IMG/VR virus record: IMGVR_UViG_3300020421_000004
Length of the DNA: 54,511 nucleotides
Source of the DNA: an uncultured virus (IMG/VR IMGVR_UViG_3300020421_000004)
Lineage: Duplodnaviria; Heunggongvirae; Uroviricota; Caudoviricetes
Direction: 5' to 3' (one strand)
Shown here: positions 18,289 through 27,373 of the stretch, piece after piece
Position numbering within the stretch: position 1 is the stretch's first letter
Layout: each line of letters opens with the position of its first letter
Made by a program: the position numbers and the translations under genes
Notes under the pieces: generated by a model
Database searches by the model: none
The model's input: the letters and a program-made list of their open reading frames with translations, nothing else
What the model was told of the DNA's origin: nothing

Positions 18289-21200
18289 TTATGCTTCAAA
18301 CTGATCTGCAAATGGGTCGTCTTCTTCATCCATCGCTTCTCCGTGTCGCCAACCTGGATTACCAATTGGTATTTGTCTGATGATTTCTTTTGCTACTTCT
18401 GAATATTTACCTGTTCTTGATTTAGTGAATAAATCATAGGGCATTGTTTTTGCTGCCGCAACTTGCTTAGGAATTATGCTTGCTCTGGCTTTTGCGTTCG
18501 CTTCCGACATACCACCTCTTGACAATAATCTTTTTTCTATCTCTTTCGGAGACTTATCTGGTTCTAAGAATACTGCAAATGAATCTGGATAAAGTTTTTT
18601 ATATTCTTTCATTCCTTTTAGACTGACTTCTACAATTGATATGTCATCCATGTCTGTTTTTCTTCTGCCGTAAAAGACTCCATCTTTGTGTTGCTTGTAT
18701 TCAACAAACTCGTTGTTATCTATCATTTCTTTGAATTCATCTTTAGAAACGAAGATTCTATCTTCTCCTTCTTTCTCTTTTGGCCTTCTGGGTCTTGTTG
18801 TAACAGTTGGTACAAGAGTGCCGCCAAGTTCTTTTGCTATTGTTTTAGATATGGTTGATTTTCCAGAACCAGATGGGCCACTTACAATAATTACTTTACT
18901 TGGTGGATTTTTCTTATCTTTGGGGCTCTGTTCCTTTACACGTTTCCAAATTTTCTTAATCCTTGGATGCCAAGGAACTCTCTCACCTTTCTTAGCACGG
19001 GCTTTTTTCCTTGCTTGTGTACGAATAACATCTTTTCCTGATTCAGTTCTTAACAAAGACCTAATGACTTCCACAGGTAAACAAAGTCTAGGAGAACCAT
19101 CCGGTGTTTGTGTTCCTTCTGCACCACACTTTTCTTTGTAATCTATTTCTCCTTTGTTGTTTACTTTGATTGAACGCCAGTCTTCTGTGGTCCATGAATA
19201 TGATTGATAACCGGGAGCCATTGGGTTCACTTTTAGTTTTACTTTCATTTCTTTTGTTTTCACTTTCATTTCTTCAATAAATTGCTTGTAAACTTTCTGT
19301 GCTTCTTTGATTCCCTTTGTTGCATTAGGGTGGAATCTTGCTCTTTGTTCCATAGCCATTGCTGCTTGTATCTTATGTGCGTGAGTTTTTCCTGAGTTCT
19401 TAATCAGTCTAATTGATTTCTCTGCTGTTGCTTTGTCTTTAAACCCCAAGCCTTGAATTGTTCCTTCTGGATCTTCATCCGTGTACAGGTCTGAATGTTC
19501 GCTTGGATCTTGTCCTTCGTACTTCTTTGGGATTCGAGGGTTCTGTAAGACCATCAAGTTGGAACCTGGCTCGACTAATTCGAAACCATATCTTTGATAC
19601 CATTCAGGTACCCAAGCCCTAGGCTTCCCACGAGGAGCGTGTAGTTGTATCTTCTTGCCTTTGTGCATCTTTCTCAGTTCATCAAGAAGCAACTTCCCCA
19701 ATCCCTGCTTCCTGTTGTCTTTCTTTACGTTCAGATAATTTATATGAACCACGCCATCCGATTCGCTCCATAACAAATTTCCGACGTTCTTTCCATCTTC
19801 GTGCAAGTCTATCCTCATCATTCCTTCTTCTGCTTCGGGGTCAGGGTCAGGATAGTGTCTTATCTCTATGTGATTCGGATTCATTCTCGTGTTCGTCACA
19901 GCCATGACTCCTTCCATGTTGAATCTCTTCTTGAAGTCGTTAAACGAATCGCGGAGACTTGGTTTGCCCCATAGAATCCATCTTGACAACGCACCTGCTG
20001 TCATTGGGTCATTCCAATCTTCTCCCATTCCACCGTGACGTGCAAGGTAATTCTTCATTCGGTCTTTATCTTTATGCTGTGTGTAATCACTCATTCCTCT
20101 AGCACCGAAGTGGACAGTCTTTGTTCTACCATTTGGTTTGGTAAATACAGCCATCAACTTCTTTTCTGGGTTTGTGCTTTCGTCTATTCTAATTGAAATT
20201 TTTTTTTGAGGGTTGGATTTTGCTGACCTTTCTTGCCAATCGTAAGAAACAGAATCCTCTGTTATTGGCCCACCTGCTGCCCAAGTGTAACAAGTTCTAG
20301 CAGAATGACATTTGAAATTGTGCATCCAACACATTCCCAACTGTCCGTCATCTTGTACAGATCCTGGCATACAATCTAACATTCTTGGTGATATGTCAAA
20401 TGCAACACAGTTAGAGCAGTTTGATTCCTTAGCAACTTCTGGTGTTGTGTTCCAGTGTTCCGCTGCTTTGACCCAGTAATCTTCGTCTGCTAAGTTAAGT
20501 GGGCCGTATTTTATGTAATCTGCTTTTATTGCAGAGTTTCTATTCTTGGTGTTCAATTCCAAGTTCTGCGTTACTGCTGGACAACTATTGTGTGAGGGAT
20601 TGTTTCTAACTCGTAAGTAATAGTTGCCATTTGATGAAACCATCATAGAACCAATTGATTTAGGCATTGGATTTGGTTTTGGGATTATGTTGTATACTTC
20701 TTCAATCGCAGCAGCAGGTCTTTCAATATCATATTCAATAATATGTTCTACTTCGCCTTCTGCCGCATCTAATGTATCGTCAATCATACCTGCAACACGT
20801 TTTGCCTCTTGTGGTGAGACGCTATCTGAAAGATGCGATTCAATCATAGCCTCGGTATTAGTCGGGTGTAGGAAGAAACTGATTACAGATGGTTTAGCAT
20901 TGATTAAAAAATGCAAATCTTGTATCCTTGCATCGACTAACATATAGTCGCCCTTTTGCATATCTCTTCTACTGAAACCTCGTTTGTATCCAGCAAGAGA
21001 CTCAGTTACTACGACTAGTTCTCCGTTTATTTCCATCTTAGTAAAGATGTCATCACTAACTTCTACTATGTTTGGTCTCTTTTCAGATTCTTTCAGTGTC
21101 TTGGTAGTGATTGTCGTTACCACACTAGCGTTCATTCTTTTTGACAATGAATCAATAAACTTGTTTTTAGTTGAACGGACTGGTCCAGTTATCGCAATAA

Positions 21201-23289
21201 TTGTTCCAGCATTCGGGTTACGCATCGGTGCTATTGTGCCAAATGCAATATCACTTGTGTCGATATTGAAATCAAAAGTGTTTAACTTTTCTACAAGCGT
21301 TCTAACTGCTTGCAGAACTGCTTCGTCAGAATCTTCTGGCATTGGGTATCCTTTTGATGGAACAAATATCTGCACATTTCCTGTACCTTGTATTGTGAAA
21401 GATACTGCAGAGTTCTCTACTGGTATAGCAATATTGTATGCATTTGTCTGCCCTACTTGTAAGTCTTTATCTGGTTTTTTATACTCTTCTAAAAGTTCTA
21501 ACAACAACTCAGGATTTTCAAATACTCTTTTTGGTAAGACCATACCGAAGTCACGTCTAGTTCTTTGGACTGGAGGATTAACCCCCACTGTAGATACTGC
21601 TGCTCCATCTTGACCGTAGACCGCTACAGGTGTGCTCATGTTTCTTAGTTCTCTATTCCTTTTTCCCAAGGCATCTGCTACTGCTTTACCCATCTTTTCT
21701 TTGAGCGTAACCATAATGTCATATTTTGCCCGATTCAATTCTTTCTTACCGCTACGGACTTCGTCCATTGCTTCTACGCTCTTTATTGAAAAGTCTGCTA
21801 TTGGTAAAATAAAATTATGTTCTTCACCAATAACTTCCGATAGAGAACCATAAGCGTCTACTGCAACTACCGCATCGTAAAGCATAATGTCTTCTCTAAT
21901 CTCTTCGTTGGTTATTTCTAGGTAATCTAGTATGTCTACTATCCTACTAGGTACTTCTTTACCATCTCTTATCTTAGCATCTCTAATCTTTATATCATTA
22001 CTTATACATAGTATACCTAGTATATCATCATAGGTATATTCACTACCTCTATAATTAGAATAAAGGAAATGCGTAAGTCTTCTGTCGTCACCAGGAAGTA
22101 ATCCCATGTATCCAACGCCCTTTACATCTTTATTCATTGTAAAATACTTTGAATGCCAATATGCGTAATTTTCTTGCGGTTTGTCTTTCGGGCCGAAGTC
22201 TGGCCAAGATGCAGTTCCTGTTTTCAGATCTTTGAGTGCCTTTGCAATGAAAGCATCTTCTAAATGTAAATCGCTACCAGTTGGTTCTTCTGGGTTCTTT
22301 TTTACTTTGTAATGACACTTATATGTTATTGTAAAGTATTTTCCATAAGTTTTGTTTAGCCACTTGACTACTTCCCTGGTAACTTTTTCGCAATACAGTA
22401 GGTCGTCAGCGTATGTTTCGTTAGACATTGTTTCGTCTAATCTTTTTCCTGCTTCATCTATCTGTGCATCTAGTCCTGCGATGAACTTATCTTCATCGAT
22501 TTTAACATAATCTTTCTTCTTAGACGGTTTAGGTACAACGTGAAAGTAGTCCATTCTATCTGCCATAACAGTATAGAAGTGTCTAATGTTTCGTGGTTTA
22601 TGACTCATGTCAAAATACAATAAGAAATCATCTGCGGAACTCAGTGATGGTTCGTCTCTCTTGGGATGTGTATGATAGAACATTTTTGCTTTTTCTGGGG
22701 CTTTGGTTATTTTTATCTTAGGCATAACTAAAGATGCTCTGCGATGATAAATTGATTTGTCGTCACAGTATCCATAGTTTTCTCCCATGTTTGATACGAA
22801 AGAAAACAGTTTAGACCTAAATGCTGGTCCGTCGAATCCTCTATAAGCAAATACTCTAAAATAAGTTTCAGGTGAAGTCATCACCATTTTTTCATATTCG
22901 TTATCAAAATCTTGTAAAGCAGTTAATTGTTTGGCTACTGGGTTGGTAAGACTCAATGGTGTTATTTGCATAGAACCAAGTATGACTGTGTTATTCCTAG
23001 TAGTTCTTGTTTGATAATCGTGGTTTTCTACAACATGATCTACACTATTAATTGTAAATAAACTTGTATTGTAAAACTCTCTTAGTATATTTGGTATATC
23101 ACTACGCCTAACGTTTTTGGGGAATGTTATTCGGTATCTGAAAACATTATCTTTGTACTTAGTTTCTGTTTCGATGACTTTGTTTCCAGAAAGTATTTCT
23201 CCTTTTTCTGGGAAATTCAAAAGGGCTGCGATATCACTCGACGTCGTAGTCTTCATCATCTGGTTCATATTCGACTCCCTCCTCTTCAT
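18289..23289 (-). CDS. NP-delimited multidomain polyprotein: JAB-like, pseudo-guanylate kinase, Cys-rich domain, DUF5754-like, GNAT, two small viral domains, guanylate kinase
   Basis: YHTHP..LSSAD (JAB/MPN-like); HFGARGMSDYTQHKD..RWILW (DUF5754-like); VKKDNRKQGLGKLL..WYQRYGF (GNAT); SGPSGSGKST..TTRPRRPKEKEG..YG (Gmk). Likely start 23268 (GAGGAGG SD). Confidence 0.8.
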   Translation of the reverse strand: MKRRESNMNQMMKTTTSSDIAALLNFPEKGEILSGNKVIETETKYKDNVFRYRITFPKNVRRSDIPNILREFYNTSLFTINSVDHVVENHDYQTRTTRNNTVILGSMQITPLSLTNPVAKQLTALQDFDNEYEKMVMTSPETYFRVFAYRGFDGPAFRSKLFSFVSNMGENYGYCDDKSIYHRRASLVMPKIKITKAPEKAKMFYHTHPKRDEPSLSSADDFLLYFDMSHKPRNIRHFYTVMADRMDYFHVVPKPSKKKDYVKIDEDKFIAGLDAQIDEAGKRLDETMSNETYADDLLYCEKVTREVVKWLNKTYGKYFTITYKCHYKVKKNPEEPTGSDLHLEDAFIAKALKDLKTGTASWPDFGPKDKPQENYAYWHSKYFTMNKDVKGVGYMGLLPGDDRRLTHFLYSNYRGSEYTYDDILGILCISNDIKIRDAKIRDGKEVPSRIVDILDYLEITNEEIREDIMLYDAVVAVDAYGSLSEVIGEEHNFILPIADFSIKSVEAMDEVRSGKKELNRAKYDIMVTLKEKMGKAVADALGKRNRELRNMSTPVAVYGQDGAAVSTVGVNPPVQRTRRDFGMVLPKRVFENPELLLELLEEYKKPDKDLQVGQTNAYNIAIPVENSAVSFTIQGTGNVQIFVPSKGYPMPEDSDEAVLQAVRTLVEKLNTFDFNIDTSDIAFGTIAPMRNPNAGTIIAITGPVRSTKNKFIDSLSKRMNASVVTTITTKTLKESEKRPNIVEVSDDIFTKMEINGELVVVTESLAGYKRGFSRRDMQKGDYMLVDARIQDLHFLINAKPSVISFFLHPTNTEAMIESHLSDSVSPQEAKRVAGMIDDTLDAAEGEVEHIIEYDIERPAAAIEEVYNIIPKPNPMPKSIGSMMVSSNGNYYLRVRNNPSHNSCPAVTQNLELNTKNRNSAIKADYIKYGPLNLADEDYWVKAAEHWNTTPEVAKESNCSNCVAFDISPRMLDCMPGSVQDDGQLGMCWMHNFKCHSARTCYTWAAGGPITEDSVSYDWQERSAKSNPQKKISIRIDESTNPEKKLMAVFTKPNGRTKTVHFGARGMSDYTQHKDKDRMKNYLARHGGMGEDWNDPMTAGALSRWILWGKPSLRDSFNDFKKRFNMEGVMAVTNTRMNPNHIEIRHYPDPDPEAEEGMMRIDLHEDGKNVGNLLWSESDGVVHINYLNVKKDNRKQGLGKLLLDELRKMHKGKKIQLHAPRGKPRAWVPEWYQRYGFELVEPGSNLMVLQNPRIPKKYEGQDPSEHSDLYTDEDPEGTIQGLGFKDKATAEKSIRLIKNSGKTHAHKIQAAMAMEQRARFHPNATKGIKEAQKVYKQFIEEMKVKTKEMKVKLKVNPMAPGYQSYSWTTEDWRSIKVNNKGEIDYKEKCGAEGTQTPDGSPRLCLPVEVIRSLLRTESGKDVIRTQARKKARAKKGERVPWHPRIKKIWKRVKEQSPKDKKNPPSKVIIVSGPSGSGKSTISKTIAKELGGTLVPTVTTRPRRPKEKEGEDRIFVSKDEFKEMIDNNEFVEYKQHKDGVFYGRRKTDMDDISIVEVSLKGMKEYKKLYPDSFAVFLEPDKSPKEIEKRLLSRGGMSEANAKARASIIPKQVAAAKTMPYDLFTKSRTGKYSEVAKEIIRQIPIGNPGWRHGEAMDEEDDPFADQFEA

Positions 23290-26200
23290 CTTCTTCTTCT
23301 AGCGTTTCAAATAAATCATCAAGTGGACTTTCTAATAAATCCCCTGTGGTTTCTGCACTAAAGGTTTCGTTGACTATACGCAACTCATCTTCTGTTAACG
23401 AATGTTCGGACTGTGCTTTTAACAATAATCTTTCCTTTTCTAGCATTTCAACAAAGTGTACAGGGAATGCGCCCATGCTGTATCTTTCCCATGTTTCTTT
23501 TGGTTCGGGTTCAGCATCCCAAGAAGCATGGGTGCTAACGTATTTATTGACATATTGCGACCACGCTTCTTGTTTGATTGGTGGATTTCTTGCAGCACCA
23601 AAGTGAGCAAAAAGTGTAGGCTTCAACGCTCTTTTCAATCTGGCGTTATCACCGTCGTAAGCACTTTGATATTCTGCACTAAAGCCGGAACCAGTTCTTG
23701 TTTCCGTTTCTTTCGCATCTTTGTCGATAACTTTGCCTCCTGGCACATAGTTGAACATAGAGGTTAGTATTTTTGCATCTTCCTTTGCTTGTTCTTTGTT
23801 TGATAAGTCATGTAAATCCATTTCAGTTTTGAAAGACTTTGTGTTGTACTTATCTGTGATTTTTGTTAGTTTGTCTGGGTCTTTCCCGAACATAACTCTA
23901 TTTCCATCTTTACCATAGCCTAGTGCGTCGTCCACAGCCGTAGAATAATAAAATGGTAAATCAGTCATGGTGTAATGTGGTGTCTTGTTCATACTGTTTG
24001 CAGATTGTGTATCAATGAATACTTTGTAACCTGGTTCTCCTTTGTCGAATCTTTCGACTGCCCTGTTTAGTTCTCCTGGGACGTCTGATGTCCCTCCGAT
24101 TAAGGGAACGTCTGCCTTTCTTCCGCCGTAAGTAGTCATAGGTACTATCGTTCCACCGGCTTCTACATACCTATATTTTTGCTTACCATCTTCATCTGTA
24201 CCCAACTCTGTGCCATCAATGTAAACATCCATCCATGAGTTAAGTTTCTTTGGTACGCCATAAAAAGCAGGGTTTTGTTTAATCTTCTCAACAACTGTCA
24301 CGTCAAATATAAAACCTGGAACTCTTGCGTCTTTTACTTCTTCTTTTGGAGAATAAGTAGAGTTTACTGTGTGTAATAGGTCGGATAAAACTTCTTCTAT
24401 ATCACCATCGTAGTCTTCATCTTTGATGTACTTGGCGTGCTCCTTACGAATTTCGCTGTTCTCTATGTCACAGTAAAGCCAATAGAAAGTATTTTCTGAT
24501 ATTACTAAATGCCAATTGATGCCATACTCTGCGCACATTTTTGTTGCGTTCATTATGTCAATGCCTCGTAACTTAAATGGAGATGTTATAGATTTGAATG
24601 TCATTGATGCCCAAAAGAAGTCTTTGTTATTTCCATGCATGACCCAATTTTTTGCATCATTATAGTATATTCTTTTACCATCTACATAGCCAATTATTGC
24701 GGTATCTTTTGTTAGTTTACTAAGTTTATTGAATGCCTTTTCCGACATCTTCCACGGTACTTTGGTGTCTATTTCTTCACCTAGATACTTGTCGTAAGCA
24801 AAATACATGTCGTCTCTCTTGATTGGATTTGGTAGAGACTGAACTATTGTAAAGCCACCTTTTGGTGCAGTGCCTTGTATTTTAATTAAATTATCTTGGT
24901 TAAATGCCACATCAGTTTGTTTGAGTGGGTTGAGGTCTGCTTTGATTGAAATTATTTTTGCGCCAATCATTTTTGTAATGTATCTCTTTGCTGGCACAAC
25001 TCTGTATATCGCTGGTCTTCCAGCCGCTGTACTTGGTAAGTAATGGAACGGTAGTGCGTTAGTCATTCTCTTACTAATATCTTCATACGCAACTTCTACA
25101 ACAATAGACGGCTCTACTACAACTATATCTTCGATGAAAGCATCGTCTCTTACATTGTTTGGTACTATGTTATTGTTGTTTTCACCTACAACCAAGTCTT
25201 TGAGTTTTATTCTATCTTCTTTCTTTAACGCTATTTCTGCCTTTGCCATGACATAATAAATCGGACCTCTATTTCGGTCTGTTTTGATTACGCCAACATA
25301 TACATTTCCTATTTCTTTAGAATTTTGTTGATACGCTGTTGTCTTTGGATCCATACCCAAGATGGCCATGTTCATTGTTTGTGTTGCCGCAACCAAGTAT
25401 TTTTCTTCACCTAAAATAACTAATTCTCTGCCGATGTATTGGTTTCTCATTGTTTTATAGAATCCTTTTACCTTATTGCCTAATGGTTTAGTGTAGTAAT
25501 TGTTTGCTCCAGATAACAATCTATTTGTGGTCAATTCCCTGACTGTTTCGCCCATCACTTCTAATGGTACAACATCGTGATTGTAAGATGTTATCTTATT
25601 TACAACAAACTTTAGTAATTTGAATTCTTCTGGTAAGACACCATTCTTCCTCGCTATGATTCCACGTATCTCTCCTTCTTCTAATTCGTTACCTAAGAAA
25701 TCCACACTAACTAGTTGTCCTACTAATGTAACCTGACTAATGTTCTTAGATTGACAATATCGTTGCAAGTCTCTAGATATGTGGTCGTGGTGTATGACAA
25801 TGCCAGTTCTAGTAATTATTGCTGACAATGCGTTGTCACTAACTGCTTCTTTCTTCATGCCAATAGTTTTGACTTTAGAAGATGTTAGGGTATTGCCACC
25901 GAATCGGATGCCACCTCTCTCGTTATATGTTATTACTGCGTCGATTCCTCTTGCTTTAGCGTAAACAAATGCAGACTCTTCATCTTCTATCTTATTAGAT
26001 ATATCTTTTAACTTTACCCCTATAGTATTACTCTTACTATCTATTAGAGATATTAGTTCATGCTCTGGGTATTTATTGTCTAATCTAATGCATTCTGGTG
26101 CGGTTTCTGTATCGGAACCAAAATCTTGTCCAACTTCTACTTCGTCAAAGAATGCAGAAATAATCCCAGCGTATGTATCGAAATTTAATAAAACTACATC

Positions 26201-27373
26201 CGGATGTGCATGCTTGTAGGGGTCGAAAGTCTTTACTTCATCAATGCTAACTGGTACTGCTGCTAATCCACTGTATGTCTTTTCTAAGTTTCTCAACGGG
26301 TAGTGTAAACTAAAGAACATCCTAGTTGGTAATTCTTTACTGGCTAGAACGCTTTCGTCAAACCATACTTCTTCTGCTTCAATGGCTTGTTGTTTGCCTT
26401 GAAAGTTTCCTAATCCATTTAGTAGTGCTCGAAGGTAGTCTATGACGTCCGGTGCATCTCCTAATGGTTGGTCTTTGTTTTGACCTATCCATATCTGAAA
26501 GTTTTTTCCGGTATACATAATGATGTACGGGTGACCTGCGTTTGCTATTCTAATGGCCGCCTTATGTGTAACATCTCTTAGTTTCGCTTTGGGTACTTTT
26601 GCAGGATTGTCTATATCTATGACTGCTAGTTTCAAACCTTTTCTTGTAGGAGATGGATCCCAAACTAGACCACGTATTTGACTGTCTTTGGCACCAGGGA
26701 AGTTTGTATCTCTATATCGCTCGCTACTAAGCATTTCTTGCAAGTCTTCTTCCGAATGCAGAGTTACTTCGTTAACGTCTTTAGTATTCCTTATTGGTGT
26801 GGGTATGTAGCCCCGTGTTTGACTAAACTTGATGAATGATATTGGATGGTGCATTGTTTTTCTCAGCATAAATGGTAATACTTTGGCGTGGTATTGTTCC
26901 AACCTACTCTTGATTGCATTGGCTGTCACCTGCGCGTTGGCTGTTACGGGATGTTGTAGCCTTTCTATTTCAGACATTTCTTGCCACTTTTTTGCATTTA
27001 ACCCTGCCTCATAAGCCAAACTTGTTGCCATCTCTTTGACTGTTTTTGGTTCAGGGTTGTAAGCGAATGCATTAGCATCTTTAGAAACACTTCCGTAACT
27101 GTCTCTTACTTTTTTACTTAGTAGCGGCTTTAATTCGTTAATTGCTTCTAAGTATGTTTTTCCTTCCATGTCGTATGGTTTTTCACCAGTTTCTCTATCT
27201 TCTGCATTCGCACAAAGTATGCGTAATCCTTCGTGATAGAAGAATACATTTCTTGGAGAAAGAAATTTATCCAAAAATACATCTATGTCATCTTCTGAAA
27301 GCGTTTCTTTGTCAATGGTTTCTAACTGAGCGAACTTATCAAACTCACGGAATAGTAATGCGTTGTCACTCAT
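23234..27373 (-). CDS. Polyprotein with AEP primase/polymerase-like and ATP-dependent ligase-like domains (LigD-like) plus further NP-delimited modules
   Basis: AVIDID, YTGKNFQIW, FSLHYP..GLAAVPV (AEP-like); YAKARG, LVGQL, VVEPSIVVEVAYEDI (ligase NTase and OB fold). Several catalytic positions are non-canonical. Confidence 0.65.
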   Translation of the reverse strand: MSDNALLFREFDKFAQLETIDKETLSEDDIDVFLDKFLSPRNVFFYHEGLRILCANAEDRETGEKPYDMEGKTYLEAINELKPLLSKKVRDSYGSVSKDANAFAYNPEPKTVKEMATSLAYEAGLNAKKWQEMSEIERLQHPVTANAQVTANAIKSRLEQYHAKVLPFMLRKTMHHPISFIKFSQTRGYIPTPIRNTKDVNEVTLHSEEDLQEMLSSERYRDTNFPGAKDSQIRGLVWDPSPTRKGLKLAVIDIDNPAKVPKAKLRDVTHKAAIRIANAGHPYIIMYTGKNFQIWIGQNKDQPLGDAPDVIDYLRALLNGLGNFQGKQQAIEAEEVWFDESVLASKELPTRMFFSLHYPLRNLEKTYSGLAAVPVSIDEVKTFDPYKHAHPDVVLLNFDTYAGIISAFFDEVEVGQDFGSDTETAPECIRLDNKYPEHELISLIDSKSNTIGVKLKDISNKIEDEESAFVYAKARGIDAVITYNERGGIRFGGNTLTSSKVKTIGMKKEAVSDNALSAIITRTGIVIHHDHISRDLQRYCQSKNISQVTLVGQLVSVDFLGNELEEGEIRGIIARKNGVLPEEFKLLKFVVNKITSYNHDVVPLEVMGETVRELTTNRLLSGANNYYTKPLGNKVKGFYKTMRNQYIGRELVILGEEKYLVAATQTMNMAILGMDPKTTAYQQNSKEIGNVYVGVIKTDRNRGPIYYVMAKAEIALKKEDRIKLKDLVVGENNNNIVPNNVRDDAFIEDIVVVEPSIVVEVAYEDISKRMTNALPFHYLPSTAAGRPAIYRVVPAKRYITKMIGAKIISIKADLNPLKQTDVAFNQDNLIKIQGTAPKGGFTIVQSLPNPIKRDDMYFAYDKYLGEEIDTKVPWKMSEKAFNKLSKLTKDTAIIGYVDGKRIYYNDAKNWVMHGNNKDFFWASMTFKSITSPFKLRGIDIMNATKMCAEYGINWHLVISENTFYWLYCDIENSEIRKEHAKYIKDEDYDGDIEEVLSDLLHTVNSTYSPKEEVKDARVPGFIFDVTVVEKIKQNPAFYGVPKKLNSWMDVYIDGTELGTDEDGKQKYRYVEAGGTIVPMTTYGGRKADVPLIGGTSDVPGELNRAVERFDKGEPGYKVFIDTQSANSMNKTPHYTMTDLPFYYSTAVDDALGYGKDGNRVMFGKDPDKLTKITDKYNTKSFKTEMDLHDLSNKEQAKEDAKILTSMFNYVPGGKVIDKDAKETETRTGSGFSAEYQSAYDGDNARLKRALKPTLFAHFGAARNPPIKQEAWSQYVNKYVSTHASWDAEPEPKETWERYSMGAFPVHFVEMLEKERLLLKAQSEHSLTEDELRIVNETFSAETTGDLLESPLDDLFETLEEEDEEEGVEYEPDDEDYDVE

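Noticed and set aside
23234..23289. Programmed frameshift fusing the two polyproteins
   Set aside because: No clear slippery heptamer; downstream gene has its own GAGGAGG SD and ATG at 23268.
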